Positions 1-7,303 are shown, counted from the first letter of the stretch. The stretch is DNA of 13,094 bases from a bacterium (GCA_963663405.2 CAXXSM010000059.1:1-13094); one strand, 5' to 3'. Numbers and translations: made by a program. Notes: generated from the sequence alone by a model not told the origin.

Positions 1-189
1 ATTCAGAGATTATTGGAAATGAATCCGCGCCTCAAAGCCATTGTCTCCAGCGGCTATTCTGGAGATCCCATTCTGTCGAATTATCAAGAGTATGGATTTC
101 AAGGTGTGATCACGAAACCCTATCAAATTGAAAAAATTGGTAAAGTTTTGCATGATGTATTGCATGAACAGAACGGGATGGAGTCATAA
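1..189 (+). CDS. C-terminal end of a receiver (REC) domain protein, probably a hybrid sensor histidine kinase; 5' truncated by the window
   Basis: Not in the ORF track. Frame +1 translated by hand gives IQRLLEMNPRLKAIVSSGYSGDPILSNYQEYGFQGVITKPYQIEKIGKVLHDVLHEQNGMES* (TAA 187-189). It has the REC beta4 'IVSSGY' and beta5 'GVITKPY' motifs; the 'SSGYSxDP...YGF..VI.KPY' flavour is typical of the terminal receiver of PAS hybrid kinases. Confidence 0.85.
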   Translation: MQRLLEMNPRLKAIVSSGYSGDPILSNYQEYGFQGVITKPYQIEKIGKVLHDVLHEQNGMES

Positions 190-251
190 AATGTGTAGCA
201 AACAATCCTCGAAATTTTCACTCAGAATCGTCATTCAAGAATGGTAAATGA

Positions 252-1631
252 TCAGCCTTGATCGAGTGGGCAATCTTCGGACTGCACACCGATTAATACG
301 ACGTGCGGAAGATCTTTCTCTTTCTCAAAGTACCCACTCATCAAACGGAAAAACACGTTGTTGGGATACTGCAATTGAATCAGATGAGTTGAACCATACG
401 TTGTCTCTACCCGTTTGGCTGGTTCGCCCATGCGTTTTATGATTTCTTGTTCTGACATCCCAATACGAACGCCTTGGGGTGTTTCTCCCGTAAAATCAAG
501 GAATACAGCATAGTGAAGAAGCGAGCTATAAAGACACTTAATCTGCCCCACACCAATTTCTGGAAGAATCGATATGATAATCCCCCGCTTGTAATACTGA
601 AAATCTTCATAGAGAAGATTATCGAAATGATGACTGCGCTCAAAGATAGCATCCGGTTCTCCCCAAAGTTCGATAACTTGGTCCCGGCTCATGCGTAATT
701 TTAGATCCCCTACGCCTTCCCCCGGTTTGATCGCAAGTGGTTCGGCTGTTTGATTACTATCAATCTCACTGTATTTATAATTTTTTGGAATGACAGGCTT
801 AAAAATATCCTCAGCAATCCTGTCATTCCAGAAGAAATCAAATTTAATGCATCCATAGGTTCCCCTTTCCTTGTCGATATCGTCACGGATTTCGATCCGC
901 TTTGGAAAATGAGATTTGGTATCGATATAGGCGGTTAACTTTGTATCCTGTCTCTTTTCCTCTGGTCCGAAATCAGCCGGTGTTCCCGTATAAACATCTA
1001 ACACGTTACCGTCTTCTTTAATGGAGCCCGTTTTTTTGCAATCATCAGAGAAAAAACTTAATACGCCTTCAGGAGTCGAAAATTTAAGGGTGTCTTTATA
1101 TTGTTTACCTGCGACTGGATGGTCTGGTTTCGGATTTTTTAAAACCGTCGCTGATTGTTCTTTATGATCGACTAATGTGGCGGTTTTCCCATCCAGCCAC
1201 CAGTTCTGATGTTGAAAATCATTTTCGGAACCTTTATTGATACGAATCAGGTTTGGTGTTTTCCAATAAACCGTTATCGAATGGGGATACTCTCCGTTTT
1301 GTCCCATTTGCATAATCATGATCATCGACGTCGCGGAGCGGACTTTCTCAAATGTATCGGCGAGAGATGATTGGGTTTGATTGAATTGCATGACAGCGAT
1401 GACAATGAAAAAAAATATCGTTGTCAGCGCGAATTCATATTTACGTCTCATGATAAAATTCCTCCATTGGCTTCGCAGGGTTAAACCTTGTGTTTCTGTT
1501 TGATTCACGGTTTGCAAATGCTTAGAAAAGAGGCCGTCTATCGACCGTTCAAACGATTCGGGAACATTCGCGTCTGAAAGAGATTGCAGCAGATCTTCGA
1601 TTGAGGATGAATCACGATCGTTTTTTTTCAT
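252..1631 (-). CDS. Putative transmembrane anti-sigma factor with a LolA-like periplasmic region and a C-terminal duplicated SmpA/OmlA(BamE)-like module
   Basis: 459-aa ORF whose ATG overlaps the ECF sigma stop (ATGA, 1628-1631). It has an ~65-aa cytoplasmic N-terminus, one TM helix (FALTTIFFFIVIAVM), a beta-rich region starting SLADTFEKVRSA, and two copies of a G-x-[KR]-[LI]-x-MS-x-x-x-[VI]-I-x-x-x-GEP motif. Domain names are inferred from motif pattern. Confidence 0.75.
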   Translation of the reverse strand: MKKNDRDSSSIEDLLQSLSDANVPESFERSIDGLFSKHLQTVNQTETQGLTLRSQWRNFIMRRKYEFALTTIFFFIVIAVMQFNQTQSSLADTFEKVRSATSMIMIMQMGQNGEYPHSITVYWKTPNLIRINKGSENDFQHQNWWLDGKTATLVDHKEQSATVLKNPKPDHPVAGKQYKDTLKFSTPEGVLSFFSDDCKKTGSIKEDGNVLDVYTGTPADFGPEEKRQDTKLTAYIDTKSHFPKRIEIRDDIDKERGTYGCIKFDFFWNDRIAEDIFKPVIPKNYKYSEIDSNQTAEPLAIKPGEGVGDLKLRMSRDQVIELWGEPDAIFERSHHFDNLLYEDFQYYKRGIIISILPEIGVGQIKCLYSSLLHYAVFLDFTGETPQGVRIGMSEQEIIKRMGEPAKRVETTYGSTHLIQLQYPNNVFFRLMSGYFEKEKDLPHVVLIGVQSEDCPLDQG

Positions 1632-2149
1632 CGTTCATCACTCCTTTCCACCATTGCGTTCTGGTGTTCCTCTTTCAGCCGTTGAATCGCGTTTTGGATG
1701 AGAGAACGCGCCGTGGATTCACTGCACTTCATAATACCAGCGATTTCATTCATGGGATGTTCACCATAGTACCGCAGCCAAACCGCTTCCCGCTGCCGCG
1801 CGGGTAATCGGGAAACCGCTTGCCGGAGCCATTGGTGATCTTCGGAGTGTATCAAGCGCTCCCACGGATTTGATTCCGGACTGGCCAGACAGAAACAGTC
1901 ATCCAATCCAGTCTCATTGCGTTTCTTGATCCGCCGCCAATAATCTGAAACAGCGTTCAGCACGCAACGGATTAAATAATATTCGGCCTCTTTTTCCGTT
2001 TGCTTCGATACGTCACGCAAAAAAAACCTGTAAAATGCGCTTTCGAACACATCTTCGGCGTCTTGATCGCATGGCAATGATTTCACCGCAAGAGCGATCA
2101 ATTTCTTGCGACATCTCTGGTATACCTTCTGATAATCTAAAGTGGACAA
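1628..2149 (-). CDS. ECF (sigma-70 group 4) RNA polymerase sigma factor
   Basis: 173 aa, TTG start with GGAAGG upstream. Region 2: DAEDVFESAF...LIRCVLNAVSDYWRR. Region 4: LRQAVSRLPARQREAVWLRYY...EIAGIMKCSESTARSLIQNAIQRLK. Confidence 0.95.
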   Translation of the reverse strand: MSTLDYQKVYQRCRKKLIALAVKSLPCDQDAEDVFESAFYRFFLRDVSKQTEKEAEYYLIRCVLNAVSDYWRRIKKRNETGLDDCFCLASPESNPWERLIHSEDHQWLRQAVSRLPARQREAVWLRYYGEHPMNEIAGIMKCSESTARSLIQNAIQRLKEEHQNAMVERSDER

Positions 2150-2192
2150 CGCTACGGCCCTTCCCGGAAGATTTTTTCCACTCTATAAAAGA

Positions 2193-2218
2193 AACGCAGG
2201 ATTCATGATTTTGTCTAG
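2193..2218 (-). promoter_or_regulatory. Candidate ECF-type autoregulatory promoter
   Basis: Minus strand reads CTAGAC-AAAATCATGAATCCTG(16 nt)-CGTT, 43 nt upstream of the sigma start. This matches the (A)AC-N16-CGT layout of SigW/SigX/SigM-type promoters, with GAC in place of AAC. Confidence 0.5.
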
Positions 2219-2306
2219 AAAAAAATGAAATTTCATCATTAGCTCATTGTTTACAACATCATACCACCAGGATAAACACTAGCATCGACGAGTCTTAACG
2301 CATATA

Positions 2307-2332
2307 AAAAACGATTCACAGCAATCGGTTTT
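2307..2332. promoter_or_regulatory. Operator-like inverted repeat upstream of the oxidoreductase
   Basis: AAAAACGATT-cacagc-AATCGGTTTT, with 9 of 10 positions dyad-symmetric, in the divergent intergenic region. Confidence 0.3.
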
Positions 2333-2426
2333 CGAAGTAGTATAGATTTTTAGATTATCTCGATCACAATGATACGAATCCAGTATCTATTGAAATTCAA
2401 CCATTTCCGCAAAGGAGAGCAAAATC

Positions 2427-3743
2427 ATGAGTCAAATAAAAAAGTCAAAAGAGATGACGTCATCAACCCGCCGGTCTTTTTTGAAGACAGCGGCCGCCTC
2501 AGCATCAGCCGCCGCGTTCGCAACATCGAACACCAATCGATTTGGCCATGCCAGTGGCAGTGATGAAATAAAAGTCGGCTTGATCGGATGTGGAGGACGT
2601 GGCAGCGCCGCAGCGAACGACGCGATGGACGCGGATCCGGGTGTGAAGGTAATTGCAATAGGCGATATTTTCCCCGAAAAAGTGAAAAAGACATTGCAAG
2701 GATTGAAAGATCGAAAACCGGAACAAACCGTCGTAAAGGACGATCATTGCTTTGTTGGTTTTGACGCCTATCAAAAAGTCATTGATTGTGGAGTGGATGT
2801 TGTCTTGATCGCTTGTACTTCCATCTTTCATCCCAAATATGTAAAAGCGGCGATTGATGCTGGAAAGCATGTGTTTGCGGAAAAACCTCATGCCATTGAT
2901 CCGCCCGGCGTGCGGTTGGCGATGGAAACATTCGAACTCGCCAAGCAAAAAAAACTCTGCATTGTTTCCGGTTTAATCTACCGTTATGTTCCTGCGTTTC
3001 GTGAGACCATGAAACGTATTTTAGATGGAGCGATCGGTGATATTGTGGCGATCGAAGAGAATTATCTCCGCTCTCCTTACGTTTTAGCTCCCCGCCAACC
3101 AGGCGATCGGGAAATCGAATATCAGTTCCGCAATTGGTATCATTTTTCCTGGCTGTCCGGAGATGATATCCTGCAGTCGTTAGTGCACAATCTGGATAAA
3201 GCGCTTTGGGCGATGAGTGAGGAAACTCCAATCAAGGCGCACGGCTTGGGAGGCCGGTCCGCTTCTTTCGGCTCGATTTACGGAAATGTTTTTGATCATT
3301 ATTCGGTCGTTTACGAATACGCTGATGGTAGAAAGATCTACGGATTCGGCCGAACGCAGGAAAATTGTTATACGGGCACGTCCGATATTCTCATAGGAAC
3401 AAAAGGCCGTTGCGAAGTCATGAAAAACCGGATCACTGGAGAAACCAATTGGCAGTATGATGGAGAGGAAAGAAGTGGTTATAAAGTAGAACATGAAGAA
3501 TTATTCAAAGCCATTCGTTCCGGCGCTCTACTGGTGAATGATTATGGAATAAAAAGTTCAATGATTGCTATACTCGGGCAAATGGCTGTATATTCAGGAA
3601 AACAGATCGATTGGGACGAGGCGTTGAAATCCAATTTCACGTTTGGCCCACCGGCCGGTGATTTTAACACAAAACCACCCGTCCTGCCTGATGCGGATGG
3701 TAATTATCCTGTCGCGATTCCAGGCAAGACCATCGTGATCTAA
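2427..3743 (+). CDS. Gfo/Idh/MocA-family NAD(P)-dependent oxidoreductase with twin-arginine signal
   Basis: GGAG RBS; Tat motif TRRSFLK followed by an Ala-rich h-region; Rossmann motif KVGLIGCGGRG; family motif AGKHVFAEKP; 'QFRNWYHFSWLSGD...HNLD'. Alternative ATG at 2454. Confidence 0.93.
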   Translation: MSQIKKSKEMTSSTRRSFLKTAAASASAAAFATSNTNRFGHASGSDEIKVGLIGCGGRGSAAANDAMDADPGVKVIAIGDIFPEKVKKTLQGLKDRKPEQTVVKDDHCFVGFDAYQKVIDCGVDVVLIACTSIFHPKYVKAAIDAGKHVFAEKPHAIDPPGVRLAMETFELAKQKKLCIVSGLIYRYVPAFRETMKRILDGAIGDIVAIEENYLRSPYVLAPRQPGDREIEYQFRNWYHFSWLSGDDILQSLVHNLDKALWAMSEETPIKAHGLGGRSASFGSIYGNVFDHYSVVYEYADGRKIYGFGRTQENCYTGTSDILIGTKGRCEVMKNRITGETNWQYDGEERSGYKVEHEELFKAIRSGALLVNDYGIKSSMIAILGQMAVYSGKQIDWDEALKSNFTFGPPAGDFNTKPPVLPDADGNYPVAIPGKTIVI

Positions 3744-3760
3744 TGGCATAAGACCGAAAA

Positions 3761-3798
3761 ACCGTGTGGATCATGGTACAAGACTGCATCCACGCGGT
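3761..3798. terminator. Stem-loop just downstream of the oxidoreductase (terminator-like or mRNA-stabilising)
   Basis: ACCGTGTGGAT (3761-3771) pairs with ATCCACGCGGT (3788-3798), with one G-U pair. There is no U-tract on +; an A-run on the left would give a U-tract on -. Confidence 0.45.
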
Positions 3799-4011
3799 AA
3801 GTGATTCCATCCTTCGACTCGTCTCAGTAAAACATTGAACAGCCAAGCATTGATGAAGAATAACAGGTCCGTCACGTGAAGTGAGATAGTTACAATCATC
3901 TAAAACAAGGCATCAAGAAGCTTAATCTCACCCATGCTTAGGGGAGGAATCTATCATTTCAGATAGCTGACCGATTACAATAAATCAACAGTTATGACAA
4001 GGTCAAGATCG

Positions 4012-4680
4012 ATGAGCGAAAACCATTTTCAAGGATTTACTCCCCAATCATTGAAGTTCCTGAAAACCATTAAATCAAAGAATGACAAGGAATGGTTTGA
4101 AGAGCATAAAAACCAATATAATCATTTACTCCTGGAGCCATTCAGAGATTTAGTCAGAGATCTTGGGCCCTCGATGCTTTCCATCGATATGCAATTCGAG
4201 ATTACTCCATCGATCAATAAGACGATATCCAGAATCTATCGGGATGTCCGGTTCTCCCGCGATCAATCACTGTTCAGGGATGCGATGTGGATTACGTTCA
4301 AGACCAAGAAGGAGAATTGGCAAGATTATCCAGGATTTTTCTTCGAATTGACTCCCAAAACCTATCGATATGGAATGGGTTACTACAGCGCCTCATCAGC
4401 GACCATGAAACTGTTTCGAAAGCGAATCGACGAAAAACCGGAAGAATTTTCTACGCTGCTGACACTCTATTCAAAACAAACTGTTTATAACGTTGAAGGA
4501 GAAATGTATAAACGGATATTCGATCTCTCAAAACCAGATGATGTTCAAGATTTTTATCAGCGGAAAAACCTATATCACCAAATCGACGATACGTTGTTCT
4601 GTTCTCACCTAGTCGAAGAGATTCTTGAATGCTATAACCTAATGACACCTTTTTACATCTATTTACGTAAATTAGTATAA
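4012..4680 (+). CDS. DUF2461 (TIGR02453-like) conserved hypothetical protein
   Basis: Family signatures FQGFTPQSLKFL...NDKEWFEEHKNQY and RIYRDVRFSRD. Start placed at ATG 4012 (MSENHFQGF) because the family usually begins near 'F.GF'; the track start 3994 is also possible. Confidence 0.88.
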   Translation: MSENHFQGFTPQSLKFLKTIKSKNDKEWFEEHKNQYNHLLLEPFRDLVRDLGPSMLSIDMQFEITPSINKTISRIYRDVRFSRDQSLFRDAMWITFKTKKENWQDYPGFFFELTPKTYRYGMGYYSASSATMKLFRKRIDEKPEEFSTLLTLYSKQTVYNVEGEMYKRIFDLSKPDDVQDFYQRKNLYHQIDDTLFCSHLVEEILECYNLMTPFYIYLRKLV

Positions 4681-4753
4681 GGTTATAAAATTCGAAAACG
4701 CTTATTGAATGTATTCACTTACTGGATTTACTTAATTTTTACATAAATAGACA

Positions 4754-4784
4754 ACACGGCCCAAAGACAATGTCTGGGCCGTGT
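4754..4784. terminator. Probable bidirectional intrinsic terminator between convergent genes
   Basis: Perfect 10-bp inverted repeat ACACGGCCCA / TGGGCCGTGT, followed by GTTTGTT on +. It lies between the DUF2461 stop (4680) and the receiver gene stop (4819). Confidence 0.7.
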
Positions 4785-4818
4785 GTTTGTTGGTGTGAAG
4801 TTTTATTACAACCGGCTT

Positions 4819-5259
4819 CTATCCGGTTTGTGTCTCGACACGGGGAACGGAGGCGACTCCGAGGCAGTGTTTGACGGCGTTGTACATTTCCTGTGGATTG
4901 GCGTCAAACGGAACTGTGAAGGAGACGCCCTGCGCGGAGACATCGATCGAGCGCAGGGGCACACGGGTTCGCGAGAGGAAAAGAATCCGGTCGTGCGGCC
5001 GCCATCGTTTGATGAGCGAGAGAACCTTTGCGCCGTTGTAATTGGGCATCCGGTCGTCGTAGATAATTAAATCGGGATTCTTCGACATCACTCCCGCTAG
5101 AGCGCCTCTCGGTTCAGCGCTATGAAACAATACCCCACCATGAGAGGCCGTAATCTCCCGCAGGCGATCGAGGAGGTTTGCGTCTTCAGAGACCGCATAG
5201 ACCTTTTTCCCACGCAGGGAGCCGTTTGTTTTTTTATGTGGCTGGTCTTTTTCCATCAT
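4819..5259 (-). CDS. Stand-alone atypical response regulator receiver-domain protein
   Basis: 146 aa with AAGGGG RBS. REC pattern: KVYAVSED (beta1), NPDLIIYDDRMPNYNG (phospho-acceptor Asp region), ILFLS (beta4). There is no output domain, and the conserved beta5 Lys-Pro is absent. Confidence 0.8.
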   Translation of the reverse strand: MMEKDQPHKKTNGSLRGKKVYAVSEDANLLDRLREITASHGGVLFHSAEPRGALAGVMSKNPDLIIYDDRMPNYNGAKVLSLIKRWRPHDRILFLSRTRVPLRSIDVSAQGVSFTVPFDANPQEMYNAVKHCLGVASVPRVETQTG

Positions 5260-5557
5260 TGTTCGCAGCCCCTTTCGATTCCATTTCTAATAGAATAAGT
5301 ATCTCGTCAAAAAATAATTGTCCATTTTATATGAAAATGAGTTTCGAAAACTATCTCATTCGCAATGTCTGCCGCGAATCATTTTCATTTGGACGAGGTG
5401 ATCTCAATCATGCTGGTTAACATGGATTGCTTTTGTAATCAATTTGTGGTATTGGAATAATGAATGGAGAATGACTGAAACAGTGTATAATAACGTGACG
5501 ATGAAAAGTTCCAGCGTTGGATTTCTTGAAGGAGCCGAGTAAAGGAGAATATCAACC

Positions 5558-6151
5558 GTGACGAAAAAGTATGGTTTTACCCTAATCGAACTGTTGATTG
5601 TCGTGGCTATTATTGGGATTCTAGCGGCTATCGCCGTGCCCAATTTTTTAAACGCGCAGACTCGCGCTAAAATCGCGCGCGTGCAGGGGGACGCGAAAAA
5701 CATCGGAACCGCGCTGGAAACCTACCGGCTGGATAACAACGAATATCCCCCCGATGGCAGTTCGGATTTATACTCCCATTTTTGTCTGTATTGGGAAAAA
5801 CAGCCTTCCAGCGGCCGGCACCTTACTACTCCGGTCGCATATATGAACGCCATCCCCTTCGATCCCTTTAACAGCAAAATGGAATGGCAGGGGTGGACCC
5901 CCATTGACAATGCGGAGGCGTATCAGAAATCACAGTTTTTCTTGAATCGTAAATACAATACAAACGTGAATTCATGGGAACCGGGACTCCCTTTCGAAGA
6001 TCGTTTCAAAGGCGCGCAATGGCAGATCTATTCGGTCGGCCCTTCAATGAATTACGGTTGGCGGGCGGAATTGACCGCCTGCTGGTTGATGCCCTATGAT
6101 TCAAGCAATGGCCTTACAAGTATTGGGGGAATCTGGAAAATCGGTCCATAA
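5558..6151 (+). CDS. Prepilin-type N-terminal cleavage/methylation domain protein (type IV pilin / GspG-like pseudopilin)
   Basis: GTG start with AAGGAG RBS. Class III signal MTKKYG|FTLIELLIVVAIIGILAAIAVPNF with Glu5, then the GspG-like helix AKIARVQGDAKNIGTALETYRLDNNEYP; later motifs LTTPVAY, DPF, YSVGP and YDSSNG. Confidence 0.93.
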   Translation: MTKKYGFTLIELLIVVAIIGILAAIAVPNFLNAQTRAKIARVQGDAKNIGTALETYRLDNNEYPPDGSSDLYSHFCLYWEKQPSSGRHLTTPVAYMNAIPFDPFNSKMEWQGWTPIDNAEAYQKSQFFLNRKYNTNVNSWEPGLPFEDRFKGAQWQIYSVGPSMNYGWRAELTACWLMPYDSSNGLTSIGGIWKIGP

Positions 6152-6228
6152 CGACCTGGAGCGTCTTCTTTCCTCAAATGCAACGTCAGTATACAATGTT
6201 AAACTAAACTATATACAAGGAAATGATA

Positions 6229-7221
6229 ATGATGGAACTACAAATGGAGCGATCTATCTCTTACTTCTGGAAACGAGCTGGATTGCTATGCGGAATTCTC
6301 TTGTTGGCGCTGTTATCCTTTGCGCAGCCTTCACAACAGATCGACGGTGGGCTTTTTTACTTTCCACCCACTCAATCTCTGCTTACTATTGGTGGATGGG
6401 GACCGGAGGATTGGACTGAATTACAAACGGTTTGGTCAATTTCGGGCGCGGGTTGGAATACAATGCCCGATCTTCCCGTTGGTATGACGCACACGACGGC
6501 CGCGTATGATCCGGTCAATCAACGATTGATCGCGATGGGCGGTGTCGGTGAGGATCAAGCAACGTGGGTGTTTGATAGTGTTACCTGGTCTAAAATCGCC
6601 GATTCGATTGAGACGGACATCACGGGTGGAGATCCTGAAATCATCTTTGATGAGATGGCCAACCAATTCGTGATGTATTTTGGAACGATTTCCTGGGGGG
6701 GAGATCCTTCCCCCTCTGAAACTTACATATTAGAAGAGGGAGAATGGGTAAAGCAGGACTTGGATCCGCTTCCACCCGGTGGTCTTGATACATGCTTTGT
6801 TTACGACCACGCCCGGCAGGAAGGTGTATGGTTCGATGGGAGTGAAACCTGGATTTGGAAAAACAACGCCTGGACACAAAAGGCGCCGGCGAACTCTCCA
6901 TCCTTTGAATTTGGTGAATTCAATATGGTGTATGATTCCGTCCGGCAGGAAATCATCTTTTACGCCCAAGGGGAAACCTGGACCTGGAACGGAGACAATT
7001 GGACGCAATTGAATCCACCCAATTCTCCGACTCATCCGGAACGTGGTTTTTTTGCGATGGGTTTTGATGAAACGAGGGGAACGGTTGTTATTTTCGGCGG
7101 CGAACTTCTCGTAAATCCTGATTCGTACGAATACGACTATCTTGATGACCTTTGGGAATGGAATGGAACTACTTGGGCGATTTATAACGAAAGTGAAATC
7201 ACCACCTGGAGTTTGTACTAA
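6229..7221 (+). CDS. Secreted Kelch-like six-bladed beta-propeller protein
   Basis: Sec-type signal (KRAGLLCGILLLALLSFA|Q). Six repeats of the pattern hydrophobic-Y/F-D-x(4-5)-hydrophobic-GG...TW-x-W-x(3-4)-W, e.g. AYDPVNQRLIAMGG..TWVFDSVTW, MVYDSVRQEIIF..ETWTWNGDNW, MGFDETRGTVVIFGG..DLWEWNGTTW. Start is uncertain (6223/6229/6232/6244); AAGGA at 6217-6221 favours 6229. Confidence 0.8.
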   Translation: MMELQMERSISYFWKRAGLLCGILLLALLSFAQPSQQIDGGLFYFPPTQSLLTIGGWGPEDWTELQTVWSISGAGWNTMPDLPVGMTHTTAAYDPVNQRLIAMGGVGEDQATWVFDSVTWSKIADSIETDITGGDPEIIFDEMANQFVMYFGTISWGGDPSPSETYILEEGEWVKQDLDPLPPGGLDTCFVYDHARQEGVWFDGSETWIWKNNAWTQKAPANSPSFEFGEFNMVYDSVRQEIIFYAQGETWTWNGDNWTQLNPPNSPTHPERGFFAMGFDETRGTVVIFGGELLVNPDSYEYDYLDDLWEWNGTTWAIYNESEITTWSLY

Positions 7222-7265
7222 ATAGACGGCGCCAAGGTTAAGGGCGTTCTGCTCCTACGTCCCTC

Positions 7266-7293
7266 CCTTCAGCCTTCAGTCTTCAACCTAATC
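7266..7293. repeat. Degenerate 7-bp tandem repeat in convergent intergenic gap
   Basis: CCTTCAG CCTTCAG TCTTCAA CCTAATC. Confidence 0.55.
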
Positions 7294-7303
7294 CCCTAGA
7301 ATA

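Noticed and set aside
1628-2149. Several cysteines in the ECF sigma (including CFC in the linker) as a redox or metal switch
   Set aside because: They are scattered, with no CxxC or C-terminal Cys-rich domain of the CorE/ECF238 type; conservation cannot be assessed here.
2505-3494. Several 100-150 aa antisense ORFs within the oxidoreductase (similar ones at 7748-8200 and 9726-10178)
   Set aside because: They fully overlap well-supported genes on the opposite strand and show no recognisable motifs.
4555-4600. Possible short in-frame deletion in the DUF2461 C-terminus (RKNLY|HQIDD)
   Set aside because: Suspected only from memory of homologues; cannot be supported without an alignment, and the frame is intact.
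5404-5703. 99-aa hydrophobic minus-strand ORF
   Set aside because: It is the antisense shadow of the prepilin N-terminal helix, a common artefact, and has no independent RBS or motif.
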